A stretch of 64,000 bases of DNA from Promethearchaeia archaeon (GCA_029856045.1 JAHQWG010000047.1:1-64000); one strand, 5' to 3'; shown: positions 49,082-59,555, counted from the first letter of the stretch. Notes: generated by a model from the sequence alone, not told the origin. Program-made: numbers and translations.

Positions 49082-51475
49082 TTAAGCAAAATTCAACAGC
49101 GTCTTTTGAAGTTTTCTTTCTTCATTTCTCGATTTTATTGAATTTTCCAAATCTGGCAATTCAAAGGGGATGATATTTTTAAATGCACGAGTTAGGAGTT
49201 CTTTATATTTCTCCTTATCATATTGATGTTTTTTTGGGTTGTACAGTTCCGAAAGGATTACTTTCTTATGTGCTGAACCTGGGTCAGCTTCAGCGTTTGT
49301 AATGATAAATTTTACTTTTTGACCCGCAGACACTGGCACCCCTGCCTTCTCCTTTTGGTTAGCAGCAACTGCTTGATATGAATTTACTTTGTACTGCGAA
49401 GGTTTTCGGGAAACTCTTATTATGACGCTAAGCTCTTCAGTCGTTACATTTCCACTATCAATTTTATCTAAATAATGATATAAAACGCGTTTTGCTTCAG
49501 GGATCTTTGACAAAAATTGTTCTTTGGTTTTCACATTCAAAAAGACATTAATCATTGCCTTCTGTGCCTCTTTCACGATTCTTGGTGTATCTCTGCGTCT
49601 AATATCAATTCCTCTCAGTTTAGTTGTCCCATCGACTCTTACCCCCCAGTAATGATTGAGTGTAGGTATTTTTGGATTCGCACGAGAGGGCATGAATACA
49701 ATGAAATTATATATTCCTTCAATATTAATTGGAATTTTTGTTGCTTCTTCTATTCTTTTGCAAATTTCTTCGCAATCTTTACTAAATTGCTCACTTGAGG
49801 TACCTTTTTTATTTTCTATGAATAGGGAGTCTACAATGCCGTGAATTATTTTATAGCCATATTCACGAGCAATTTCTGCCGATTGCAGTAAGAACTCACG
49901 AGAATACGCACAAACAGTTTGATGCGCCTCTATTCGCCCAAATCGTGAATTCTTGAATCCCAAATATCCAAATGAAACAACGAGTATCCATTTTAACGCT
50001 TTCTGCATATATTTGTACTTAATATCTCCAGTCTCTTTCGCGATTCGTTTGTATACTAATCTTTTTCTCAAAGGAATCTCAATTGATTTTGAAACAATAC
50101 CCCGTCGTTTCTTACAGATATGAAAGTTCAATCCCGGAACTTGAATTGCTGAAGGATCATCTTTGCAACATTTACAATTGAGGGTTTCGGGTGAGATATT
50201 ATATATACTCATTAATGAGGGGTACATTGAAGCAAAATCTAATTCAGCAACATTATTAAACACTCCGATCTTTGGCTCAAAGATATGCCCACCCCTATCT
50301 GCTAAAATTAAATCGAGAGCTGTTTTGAAGTCTTCTGCATTACTTTTTAAAGGTGGAATAAGAATATCCGACTGATAAGCGTTATAGAATTGAATTGATT
50401 GTAGGGCGCCACCAATTGTAACTCGGGTAAGTCGTTGTATTGGAACTCGGGACACTCGCGCAACTTCAAGGACCCCTGGTATGTTGCCATCGATGAAATG
50501 AAGGCTTCCGTAGGCTGAAGAGTCCAAATGAAATCGACCAGTTAAATAACATTGGGTTTGCGAACGACGATATATGATCCCGTAGGAAAAAAAATGGTCC
50601 TCACCATTTAACTTGAATATTCCGCTCTTAAGGGGAGTTTTAGTCCGAGAGAGATAAAATCTTCTTGTAATTCGATTTGTTGAAGCCCGGGCAACTAAAT
50701 AGGGCATTCCAAATTCGTCACCCCTTGTTGTAAGAATAATATCTGGATCAATTCTTTCGATAGTTCGGACTATCTCCAACAAATTTTCCTCCTCGTCACC
50801 ATTATCAATAAGTATGGTTCTTCTAATCGGAGAATCGGCTCTAGGCATGTCTGCCTTTCTTTCATTCTCGACAATTCCTATTTCCGCGTATGCCATTGGC
50901 TCATTGAATTGTGGTTTCAAACCCTTCTGCTGGACTTTGATCTCCAACCAAACCGCCCTCAAGGGAGGCGTCTCATAAAACAAATCTTCGTTGTTATCCT
51001 TTAACTCATAAGAGAGCAAATACATTTCATTATTTTCACCCAAACTCACTGAAAAGCAACACAAAGCCATTGGAAAGAGACTATTCACGTAGAAATACAT
51101 TTGAGCAATTGGAATGTCAGTATTATATAACGTGAAATAATCAAGTTTTTCGATATCTTTTATTGTAGATTTAAATACAGAAGGCTTTTTTACTGACACC
51201 CCAAAAATCATCCTTTTTTCGCAATCGTCAATCGAGACATACTTACTGCAAAGTCTTGCTCTGACAATATTTGGGTGGGATTTGAGGATCTGCTTCAGCC
51301 TTGGAAAATCGCTTCCAAATCGCCCTTTTTTTGGAACTGCGAAAAATTCTGGCTGAAACTCAGATTTAATCTGAACTACTTGGTTTTCTTTTTTTGTTTT
51401 GACCCATAAAATAATCCCACTTGCATATGTGGTGACGTCCAATATCCATCCGTAGAAGTTCTTTATCTCAGTCAT
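49082..51475 (-). CDS. Family B DNA polymerase paralog with degenerate exonuclease and motif-C residues (PolB2-like)
   Basis: Motif A DFASMYPSLM is intact. Exo I changed to WLEI, Exo II FD changed to FG (RGDEFGMPYL), motif B KWILVVSFGYLG (N changed to V), motif C HGIVDS instead of YGDTDS. Confidence 0.8.
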   Translation of the reverse strand: MTEIKNFYGWILDVTTYASGIILWVKTKKENQVVQIKSEFQPEFFAVPKKGRFGSDFPRLKQILKSHPNIVRARLCSKYVSIDDCEKRMIFGVSVKKPSVFKSTIKDIEKLDYFTLYNTDIPIAQMYFYVNSLFPMALCCFSVSLGENNEMYLLSYELKDNNEDLFYETPPLRAVWLEIKVQQKGLKPQFNEPMAYAEIGIVENERKADMPRADSPIRRTILIDNGDEEENLLEIVRTIERIDPDIILTTRGDEFGMPYLVARASTNRITRRFYLSRTKTPLKSGIFKLNGEDHFFSYGIIYRRSQTQCYLTGRFHLDSSAYGSLHFIDGNIPGVLEVARVSRVPIQRLTRVTIGGALQSIQFYNAYQSDILIPPLKSNAEDFKTALDLILADRGGHIFEPKIGVFNNVAELDFASMYPSLMSIYNISPETLNCKCCKDDPSAIQVPGLNFHICKKRRGIVSKSIEIPLRKRLVYKRIAKETGDIKYKYMQKALKWILVVSFGYLGFKNSRFGRIEAHQTVCAYSREFLLQSAEIAREYGYKIIHGIVDSLFIENKKGTSSEQFSKDCEEICKRIEEATKIPINIEGIYNFIVFMPSRANPKIPTLNHYWGVRVDGTTKLRGIDIRRRDTPRIVKEAQKAMINVFLNVKTKEQFLSKIPEAKRVLYHYLDKIDSGNVTTEELSVIIRVSRKPSQYKVNSYQAVAANQKEKAGVPVSAGQKVKFIITNAEADPGSAHKKVILSELYNPKKHQYDKEKYKELLTRAFKNIIPFELPDLENSIKSRNEERKLQKTLLNFA

Positions 51476-51732
51476 TTACTTTTTTCCAATTCGCTTATTC
51501 TTTTTTCTAATTCCTCAATTCTTTTCTCTTGTTCAAGTGCTACTGAGAAAAAGAGAAATTCAGATAACACAGGTCTAGCTGCCATACTCCCAGCATCAGC
51601 ATGAATTCGAGCGTGATCCATTACTTGATCGAAAAATTTTCTCTCTTCAGGGCTTAGAGCCCTTTTGAAATCTTTCCAGCTCTCAATCTCCATTTCAAGC
51701 GCTGGACGGAAAGACGGAACTGTTCTACCCAA
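51472..51732 (-). CDS. Hypothetical small protein, translationally coupled (4-bp overlap) to PolB2
   Basis: 86 aa. C-terminal coiled-coil EQEKRIEELEKRISELEKSK. Confidence 0.4.
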   Translation of the reverse strand: MGRTVPSFRPALEMEIESWKDFKRALSPEERKFFDQVMDHARIHADAGSMAARPVLSEFLFFSVALEQEKRIEELEKRISELEKSK

Positions 51733-51765
51733 TTATTTCACCTCAATTTTTATTTTAGCTTGGTT

Positions 51766-52515
51766 TTAGGAAAACCAAAAATCTAATGTCGTATTTTTTA
51801 AGGTTTTAGATCTATCTACTTTTTGCTTGCGGGCTTTCCATCTGACAACCTTTTTATTAGGCAAGTATGGATGTTGGATTAGTCGATACTCAGTAAAGCG
51901 ATCCTCATCGTTAATCAGAACTAATACATTTGCGAAATGAGAGAGTATATTACCCCCCTTTACTCGAACATAAGAATATTCATGAAGTGGTGCCGTTAGA
52001 ATAACCAATGATTTCGTTTTTTGTGCGACTTTCTTTATGCCATTTATAGCCCTTGATAAGTCTTCAAATGTACTTTGTTCATAATTCCCAAATAGCTTGG
52101 TTATTCCAGAAACCAGAACCATTCTTATATCATCAATCTTTAATAACTTATTCTCTAAGATTTCGACCATTTGAGGCCATGTGAATGCCCGAGAGATCAA
52201 AATATTGCCTAACACTAATGAAGGACTTAATCGCATTGATAAGGCTAGAGTACTTATTTTATAGGGACTGAATCTATTTGTTGCATCGATGTAGGCGATT
52301 CTCCCACCGAGACCGTCATCAAGAAATCTTTTTTGAAAACTTACCGCCGTCGAATGCAAAATATCATTTGTGATTTTTTTGGAGCCATATAGTAAATATA
52401 TTAATTCTTTGTGAAATCCTCCTTGTAATAATTCATCTAGTTTAGAATCCCCACTCGGAATTAAAGGATATTTGCTGTTTTCTTTGTGATATGCGTAGCC
52501 TGAAAGCAACTCCAT
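51766..52515 (-). CDS. RecA-superfamily RadB-like protein with degenerate Walker A/B (probably non-catalytic)
   Basis: IPSGDSKLDELLQGGFHKELIYLLYGSKKIT parallels RadA/RadB (STGSK.LD.LLGGG...G..GSGKT), but the P-loop is YGSKKIT and no Walker B aspartate is evident. Confidence 0.5.
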   Translation of the reverse strand: MELLSGYAYHKENSKYPLIPSGDSKLDELLQGGFHKELIYLLYGSKKITNDILHSTAVSFQKRFLDDGLGGRIAYIDATNRFSPYKISTLALSMRLSPSLVLGNILISRAFTWPQMVEILENKLLKIDDIRMVLVSGITKLFGNYEQSTFEDLSRAINGIKKVAQKTKSLVILTAPLHEYSYVRVKGGNILSHFANVLVLINDEDRFTEYRLIQHPYLPNKKVVRWKARKQKVDRSKTLKNTTLDFWFS

Positions 52516-53108
52516 CTTATTAAAGAATTTTCACTAAGATTTATTATTTAACCCCTCGACAAATTTTTAATTTTTCCTCAGTCTTCTTTAAAATAAATTA
52601 TTTTTATTGATTTACAAATCTGGGTGATTATTACATTTAAAGTGAACAATTGTCTATAGAGAGGGGGGTCATTAAAAATAAAAAATAGAATAAGTAAGGG
52701 AATTTAAGATTTACACCGACAAAACTATAGTATCAATGAAATATAACTGAAATCAGTGATATTGCAGTTAATATTACAGATTATATTAAATTTTAGAATC
52801 AAATTTATATAAAAGTCTGAAACAGTCCAATTTATTCCCATCGATCTATTTATTTTTCATATTGAAAACGTTTATATCTTTATTTTATAATTTTGGACTG
52901 GGAATTATTAGAGGTAATCAATTCAGAGATTTTTAATTATAATACTATTAAAATTCTGTTTTAGATGAAAAGTATTAAAAGTATTATAAAAATAATACCT
53001 TATACAAATAAGTTATTATTTGAATTAATTTAGCCAGTTCCAAGGCTAGATTTTAATAAAAATTTGCAAATTTTTTAATAAATTTCTCAAAATAGAGAAA
53101 AACAAATA

Positions 53109-53900
53109 ATGAAACGCGATCAAGAACTCATTGAACGACTTCAAAGGCATAATATTAAGGGAGTTATATTTGATTTTGATGGAGTGCTCCTTGACGTTAG
53201 AGAACCTCTTAATGAAGCAGTTGATAAGGTTTTCAATAAACGCTCTATTAATGTAAACATGGATGTTGCATTACAACAAATCGGTGCAGTTTTAGAATCA
53301 GTTCAAGGATATCCAATGTCCCAAATAATACTCCAATCTTACCAAATGTTCAAATACGTTACCGTGCTTGAAAATTACCGGTTATTTAAAAAATTAAGGA
53401 TTGCTATAGAAATTTTTGCTAAATATCAAGAACTTACAAAAGAAGCAAAATTCCATCTAGGCTCAAAATTACTTTTAGAAACTCTCTCAAAACATTGTGA
53501 TCTTTTTATTATATCACATAATATTACAGAAAGTGTCTTACGCCATTTAAAGCGGGAAGAACTTGAGGGTTATTTTCTAGATATTTACGGTCAAGATAAG
53601 CTCCCAGCACTAAAACCAGACCCTGCAAGTGTTGAACCTCCCTTGAATCATTACAAATCCTACACCAAAGAGGATTTTATTGTTATTGGAGATATGCCTT
53701 CAGATATTGAAGCAGGTAAAAAAGCAGGTTTCTGGACAATAGGAGTATTGAGTGGTCTTTGTAATAGGGAGCTTTTAGCTGAATACGAGCCAGATTTACT
53801 ATTAGAATCAATTGCTGATATCCTTACTTTGCTTGGAGTCGATACTGGTCGCATTACTAAATCTCAAGCTCATAAAAAGTTAAAAACAGAATCATCATGA
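53109..53900 (+). CDS. HAD-superfamily phosphatase (phosphoglycolate/PGP-phosphatase-like)
   Basis: Motif I VIFDFDGVLLD, motif IV GDMPSDIEAGKKAG. Confidence 0.75.
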   Translation: MKRDQELIERLQRHNIKGVIFDFDGVLLDVREPLNEAVDKVFNKRSINVNMDVALQQIGAVLESVQGYPMSQIILQSYQMFKYVTVLENYRLFKKLRIAIEIFAKYQELTKEAKFHLGSKLLLETLSKHCDLFIISHNITESVLRHLKREELEGYFLDIYGQDKLPALKPDPASVEPPLNHYKSYTKEDFIVIGDMPSDIEAGKKAGFWTIGVLSGLCNRELLAEYEPDLLLESIADILTLLGVDTGRITKSQAHKKLKTESS

Positions 53901-53911
53901 GGTAATAAAAA

Positions 53912-55585
53912 ATGGAAATGGAAGAAATCGATCTCGAAAGTTTGTCTATACAAACAACTAAAGCAGAAGAAATTAAAGATGAGAAGAAGCATGTCTCTGG
54001 CGCTTCAAAACAATTTCAAGAAATACTTAATTTTATCTTGAAATATAATCCGATTGATCCTTTAAATAGGCTGGTTAGGAAATTTTTCGGGACATTTGAT
54101 CTATTAGATAAAACCGATAGACTGTTTTATTGGGGTGCATTTCCAATAATTCGAAATATTTGTCGAATGTATTGGAATATGCGAGTTGAAGGAGAAATGT
54201 TTCCAGATTACGGTGGCGGAATAGTTGCATCAAATCATGTTTCACATTTAGATCCTTTCTTTGTCAGTTCAGCCGTTCAGAGACGAATTCGTTGGATGAG
54301 TAAAATTGAAAATTTTGAAACACCATTAGTGACGACACTCTTTACAAATCTTGGAGCTTTCCCCTTACATCGTGGGGAGCAAGATTTGAAAGCTTATAGT
54401 ACAGCAACAAAGATTATTTTAAACGGTGAATACTTAGGTATGTTTCCAGAAGGAACTCGTTCATATGATGGTATTCTCAAAGAAGAATTTCATACAGGTA
54501 CAATTCGATTAGCGGTAGAAACAGGTTGTCCAATTGTTCCAGCTTGCGTATTAGGAACCGCTGGTGCTTTGGCTAAGGGTAAATTATTAATGAAACCTAC
54601 ACAAGTGCTTGTTCGCATTGGAAAACCAATATATTACACTGATTACTACGCAAAAGAACTCACCTATCCAGATGCTAAGAAATTATCGGATGATCTCAGA
54701 GAAAAAATCAAAGATTTAATTCAAATGGGGTATAGCAAGGGATTAGAGAAAGATCCTGAGCTCTCTATAGAAAATCTATCAGATATGATAAAATTCCAAA
54801 AAAATGATGCATTGAAAAGTCATTTAAAACCCAAAACTACTGCTAAAAAAATTCTAAAATTCATCGATGATACATGGTATGGATTTTTGAGAGCTTTAGA
54901 AGTTTTTGATTTGCGAACACACTTTCAAGAAGCAATACAAATGTTTTCTGGAAACCTCGTGCATCAGTTGTGTAATACTTTAATTCCATATAAAACCATT
55001 GACTTCGATAAATATATTCCAAAAGAAGGAGCCGCCGTGATTGCTCCAAGTCATAATTCTGAATGGGACGTAATTATGATTGCTACAGCTATTACTCAAA
55101 AACCAAAACGAATATTACATCAGATGTCTAAACAATCACTATTCAGAACTCCGATTGTAAATGCATGGGTTAGGAATCATCATGCTTTCCCACTTAAACG
55201 AGGTGGACATGATGTAGAGAGTTTTCTTTATGCTAAAGAACTGCTAGAAGCCGAACAACTTGTGTGTACATATCCGGAGGGAACTACAAATCCTGGTAAT
55301 GGTCAACTTTTAGAAGGACATACAGGAGCTGTTCGATTAGCAATAGAGGCAAAAGTTCCAATCATTCCAGTTGGAATTACTGGTACTGAGAATATATACC
55401 CCAAACACGCAAAGATGCTCAATTTCGGAAAATCATGTGTATTGAAAGCGGGAGAACCTTTTATGGAACATGCAAAATATTGGGATGCACCAGAAATGCC
55501 ATCATTTGAAGTGTTAAAGGATTTAACAAGTAAAATGATGGCTCGAATTAAGGATTTACAAGTTTACAACTCACCAGGTCTGTAA
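53912..55585 (+). CDS. Tandem fusion of two lysophospholipid (1-acyl-sn-glycerol-3-phosphate) acyltransferase PlsC-like domains
   Basis: Domain 1: NHVSHLD (HxxxxD), FPEGTRS, CPIVPACVLG. Domain 2: SHNSEWD, YPEGTTNPG, VPIIPVGITG. Both carry full motif I-IV sets. Confidence 0.8.
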   Translation: MEMEEIDLESLSIQTTKAEEIKDEKKHVSGASKQFQEILNFILKYNPIDPLNRLVRKFFGTFDLLDKTDRLFYWGAFPIIRNICRMYWNMRVEGEMFPDYGGGIVASNHVSHLDPFFVSSAVQRRIRWMSKIENFETPLVTTLFTNLGAFPLHRGEQDLKAYSTATKIILNGEYLGMFPEGTRSYDGILKEEFHTGTIRLAVETGCPIVPACVLGTAGALAKGKLLMKPTQVLVRIGKPIYYTDYYAKELTYPDAKKLSDDLREKIKDLIQMGYSKGLEKDPELSIENLSDMIKFQKNDALKSHLKPKTTAKKILKFIDDTWYGFLRALEVFDLRTHFQEAIQMFSGNLVHQLCNTLIPYKTIDFDKYIPKEGAAVIAPSHNSEWDVIMIATAITQKPKRILHQMSKQSLFRTPIVNAWVRNHHAFPLKRGGHDVESFLYAKELLEAEQLVCTYPEGTTNPGNGQLLEGHTGAVRLAIEAKVPIIPVGITGTENIYPKHAKMLNFGKSCVLKAGEPFMEHAKYWDAPEMPSFEVLKDLTSKMMARIKDLQVYNSPGL

Positions 55586-55608
55586 GTGGTTCGAGGTTTT
55601 CAACTAGA

Positions 55609-56727
55609 ATGCAGTCGAAGAAAACGACAAACCAACGAGAACTAAAACATTTAAAAGATGCATTGGAATCTTATCGATATGACCAGAAATCGAAGATCAA
55701 AGTGGGCATTCCCCGAGCTCTTCATTTTTATAGGTTTTTTCCTTTTTGGAAAAAATTATTGGAAGAGTTAGGTTGCGAACTTATACTTAGTCCTCACACT
55801 AATAAACAAATAGTGGAAGAAGGGGCTTTTCAAGGATTTGGGGAACTCTGCTTGCCTGTAAAAGTATATTATGGGCATACATTATATTTAATTAGAGAAC
55901 ATCCCGAATTGGATTATATTTTTGTCCCACGATATGTATCCGAGCGAGTAGAGGGATATTTTTGTCCTAAGTTTTTATCACTCCCCGACGTTATTAGAAC
56001 CTTGCCAAATATCCCCAAAATCTTAACCTTTACTGTTAATGTGAAAGAAAATCCAATCTCAAATTCAATTATTTCACTTGCTAAAACGCTTGGAAAAGGA
56101 CAACGCGAAGCCTTACAGGCATATGAAATAGCAAAAAAATACCATAAACAATATCAAGACTTCTTGAGAAAAGAAATCCCCGTCGGATATGCATTAAAAC
56201 TTGTAGAAAAAGACAAACCTTTTAAAATACTTAAAAAGAAAAGCCCTAAAAATATCAAATTTCTCTTACTTGGGCATGGATATAATATTTTTGATACCTT
56301 TGTAAATCTAGATTTTCAGAAAAAACTAACTAAACATGGAGTAGATGTGCTAACTATTGAAAATTTACCAGAAATTCTATTCAAGGAGCCAGTAATTATT
56401 AATAAGCAATTTAGACCGTATTGGCTTCATGAAGATGAAATCTTAGCCGCAGTTAGATATTTTCTAGTCCAAGGACGTAAAGAGATTGACGGAGTCATAT
56501 TTCTAATCAGCTTTGCGTGTGGTCCTGACAGTTTGATAGCTGAGTTAATTATGAGAGACATGAAAGTGATCGGGCTTCCTTTCTTGCAGATAATAATGGA
56601 TGAGCATACAGGTGAAGCTGGACTGCTAACAAGAATCGAAAGTTTCGTGGAAATGATTAAGCGGAAAAAAAGAAAACTAGATGCAATGAAAGAAAAGCAA
56701 GATTTAAAAATCTTTGAAGTAGCATAG
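55609..56727 (+). CDS. DUF2229-like 'CoA-substrate-specific enzyme activase-associated' protein (a)
   Basis: FLISFACGPDS motif. Paralogous to the next gene (HAYPFTCMPE) and directly upstream of a BadF/BcrA/HgdC-type activase. Confidence 0.55.
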   Translation: MQSKKTTNQRELKHLKDALESYRYDQKSKIKVGIPRALHFYRFFPFWKKLLEELGCELILSPHTNKQIVEEGAFQGFGELCLPVKVYYGHTLYLIREHPELDYIFVPRYVSERVEGYFCPKFLSLPDVIRTLPNIPKILTFTVNVKENPISNSIISLAKTLGKGQREALQAYEIAKKYHKQYQDFLRKEIPVGYALKLVEKDKPFKILKKKSPKNIKFLLLGHGYNIFDTFVNLDFQKKLTKHGVDVLTIENLPEILFKEPVIINKQFRPYWLHEDEILAAVRYFLVQGRKEIDGVIFLISFACGPDSLIAELIMRDMKVIGLPFLQIIMDEHTGEAGLLTRIESFVEMIKRKKRKLDAMKEKQDLKIFEVA

Positions 56728-56986
56728 AAAAAAACGAAGGGAAATAAATTTATATGCAAAAAATTTATGGCAATTTAAATTTAAAGCGTCATTTTCTAAG
56801 AATTCTAAAAATATGAAATAATTCATAATTTTTTTATATGATCTTACCTATTTGTATAGAAAGTTATTTGAGAAAATATGTTTGCATTTAATTATTAAAA
56901 AACTCGAGAAAATAAAGTCTAATAGAGATATAGCTTAGAGCTAATGATTCAAAGTATAAAGATAGAAGAGGAGCAATAAGAATTTA

Positions 56987-58177
56987 ATGATAGTATCATT
57001 TCCAAACATGGGATATAGTTGGCCTGCTTTCAAGACTCTCATTGAGTGTATGGGTGTGAAAGTGGTATTACCAGATCCCACAAATCGTGAAGCTGTGAAA
57101 ATCGGAGTCAAATACTCTCCTGAGTTTGTCTGCTTTCCCTTTAAAGCAACTCTTGGAGATTTTGTAAGTGCGATTAAAAAGGGAGCGGATACTTTGGTTA
57201 TGGCTATAGATTGTGGCCCCTGTAGATTTGGATTTTACCATGCTGTTCAAGAACGTATTTTACATGATATGGGATATAAAGATGTCCGTGTGATACCTCT
57301 TGACCAAGCAGACTTATTAGAATTTAAATGGGTAAAAACCTTGTTTGAAGTAACTCCAACAAAAAATCTATTTCTATATACAAAAGCTGTTAAAGCAGTT
57401 CAATATTTTATAAAAAAAACCAAATATATTGATGATATTTCGACCGCAGAGGGATTAATCCGATGCTATGAACGAAATAAGGGGGATACCACTCGGGTTG
57501 TAAAGAAACTCCTAATAAAACTTGATGAAACTAATAAAATAAATGAATTACGCAAATTCAAATCTGTTATCACAAATGAGTTTAAAAAAATTGATATAGA
57601 CCGAAGCCGCAACCCTTTGAAAGTGGCATTATCAGGAGAGATCCATATCACATTAGAGCCAAATGATAATCTCGATATTCGTCGCAAACTCGGTGAAATG
57701 GGAGTTCAATTATATCAAAACCTAAGTGTTTACGATTGGGTTATTCATAAATTTCATTTAAATTATCATAGAAAATGGTTGGAATATTTAGCGCGTCCTT
57801 ATATGCCAATGGATATCGGGGGTGAAGCCGTATGGGTTATTGGCGAGTACATCGACAGAGCAAGGTCTGGTTTCGATGGTTTCATCCATGCATATCCTTT
57901 CACCTGTATGCCTGAGATCAGTGCTAGAACCATTATAACGAACGTATTACATAAAAAATATGATTTGCCAATAATTTACTTCTCATTTGATGAACATGCT
58001 GCTGAAAGTGGCTTCAGAACACGTTTAGAAGCGTTTGTAGATTTAATTCAAGGAAGGAGAGAACAAAAAAAACATAAGAAGGAAATTAAATTAGAAGAGA
58101 AATCAAAAGAGCCCTTATATGAGATTCATGGGGGTAGTCTATATAATAACATAGTGCAATTTATTCAAACAGGATAG
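56987..58177 (+). CDS. DUF2229-like activase-associated protein (b)
   Basis: AYPFTCMPEISARTII. Same architecture as gene a. 13 bp upstream of the activase. Confidence 0.55.
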   Translation: MIVSFPNMGYSWPAFKTLIECMGVKVVLPDPTNREAVKIGVKYSPEFVCFPFKATLGDFVSAIKKGADTLVMAIDCGPCRFGFYHAVQERILHDMGYKDVRVIPLDQADLLEFKWVKTLFEVTPTKNLFLYTKAVKAVQYFIKKTKYIDDISTAEGLIRCYERNKGDTTRVVKKLLIKLDETNKINELRKFKSVITNEFKKIDIDRSRNPLKVALSGEIHITLEPNDNLDIRRKLGEMGVQLYQNLSVYDWVIHKFHLNYHRKWLEYLARPYMPMDIGGEAVWVIGEYIDRARSGFDGFIHAYPFTCMPEISARTIITNVLHKKYDLPIIYFSFDEHAAESGFRTRLEAFVDLIQGRREQKKHKKEIKLEEKSKEPLYEIHGGSLYNNIVQFIQTG

Positions 58178-58190
58178 GTATTTATGAAAT

Positions 58191-59219
58191 ATGGTTCAAG
58201 TTAACGAAAAAATACACGTGTCAAAAGATGGAAAGCGTGATAGTTATCTAGGTATAGATGTTGGGTCGGTTACTCTCAAATTTGTATTAATGGATAATGA
58301 TCAAAGGGTTTTATCTAATGTTTTTTTGCGAAATCAAGGCAGTCCAATAGATTCCGTCAAACTTGGAATGGCAGAAATGAGGAGTAAAATTGAGAAAAAT
58401 CCAGAGCTGCAGGAATATGCAATAAGAGCTTGCGGAACAACAGGGTCAGCAAGATATTTAACCAAGGCGGTGGTCGGAGGAGACCTTGCCAAAACGGAGA
58501 TTATAGCTCACGCGGTAGCAACCCAATCGATGTACCCTGATGTGAGAACGATCTTGGAAATTGGGGGTCAGGACTCTAAAATAATAATTTTAAGAGATGG
58601 AATCATTGTGGACTTCGCTATGAATTCTGTATGTGCAGCTGGGACTGGTAGTTTTCTCGATCACCAAGCAACTCGCCTTAATATTCCAATTGAGGATTTT
58701 GGTGATTATGCCGTGAATTCAAAAAATCCTGCTTCAATTGCTGGTCGATGCACGGTGTTTGCAGAATCGGACATGATTCACAAGCAAAATGCTGGATATT
58801 CAAAGGAGGATATTATTGCTGGGTTATGCGATTCTTTAGTAAGGAATTATTTAAATAATTTATCAAAAGGAAAAGATTTGGAAGAGCCTATTGTATTTCA
58901 AGGAGGAGTTTCATCTAATAAGGGTATTATTAAATCATTTGAACGACATTTAGGTTGTAAAATAACTGTTCCTGGGGGAGGTTTGAATGTATTAATGGGA
59001 GCGCTTGGAATGGCAATTCTTTCACGAGAATATTATATAAATAATGAAATTGATACAGTGTTTAGAGGGCTTAGAATGACTGATATTGATTTTAGGACGA
59101 GAACATTCAATTGTGGGGATTGCCCTAATAATTGTTCCATAGTAGAATGCTCCATCGTTGAAACTAATGAAGTTATTGCCAGATGGGGTAGCAGATGCGG
59201 TAAATGGGAAGTATTCTAA
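58191..59219 (+). CDS. BadF/BadG/BcrA/BcrD-type ATPase (2-hydroxyacyl-CoA-dehydratase activator HgdC-like) with a Cys-rich C-terminus
   Basis: Actin-fold phosphate-1 YLGIDVGSVTLKFVL, then ACGTTGSARYL, EIGGQDSKII, CAAGTGSFLD. C-terminal CGDCPNNCSIVECS. Confidence 0.8.
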   Translation: MVQVNEKIHVSKDGKRDSYLGIDVGSVTLKFVLMDNDQRVLSNVFLRNQGSPIDSVKLGMAEMRSKIEKNPELQEYAIRACGTTGSARYLTKAVVGGDLAKTEIIAHAVATQSMYPDVRTILEIGGQDSKIIILRDGIIVDFAMNSVCAAGTGSFLDHQATRLNIPIEDFGDYAVNSKNPASIAGRCTVFAESDMIHKQNAGYSKEDIIAGLCDSLVRNYLNNLSKGKDLEEPIVFQGGVSSNKGIIKSFERHLGCKITVPGGGLNVLMGALGMAILSREYYINNEIDTVFRGLRMTDIDFRTRTFNCGDCPNNCSIVECSIVETNEVIARWGSRCGKWEVF

Positions 59220-59344
59220 GGAGGAGAGAAACGATAGAGAGATTTAATATTATTTCCAGAATTATAGATTATTTTTCGGTCAATAAATTCTTTATATATA
59301 TTGTAAGGTTAAAAAAAAATGAATAAAAAAGAGTTGTTTTAGAG

Positions 59345-59539
59345 ATGTCCAAATTTTTTGAACAATTAATTGATATGGGAAAAGAATATTTAGACACTTT
59401 AAAGCATAAGACAAAATTATCAACCATATTTGATTATTTTACGGAAACAGTGATACCGAATTTTGTATCTGAGAAAGATTTAAAATCATTTTATGAAAAA
59501 CGTATGGATGAATTAAATGAATTTATATATAAATTGTAA
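59345..59539 (+). CDS. Hypothetical small protein
   Basis: 64 aa, between the activase and the acyltransferase-like gene. Confidence 0.3.
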   Translation: MSKFFEQLIDMGKEYLDTLKHKTKLSTIFDYFTETVIPNFVSEKDLKSFYEKRMDELNEFIYKL

Positions 59540-59555
59540 AGAGAGGTAAAGAAAT

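Noticed and set aside
48175-52515. Casposon or pPolB self-replicating element
   Set aside because: A PolB paralog is present, but there is no Cas1, no terminal inverted repeats that I can see, and no protein-primed-type TPR1/TPR2 insertions were evident. Only the 3'-end duplication is reported.
52551-52675. Inverted GC-rich words (acccctcgac ... agagaggggggtca) in the 590-bp intergenic region, considered as a structured ncRNA
   Set aside because: Only one short complementary pair about 110 nt apart. No covariation or further stems visible by eye.
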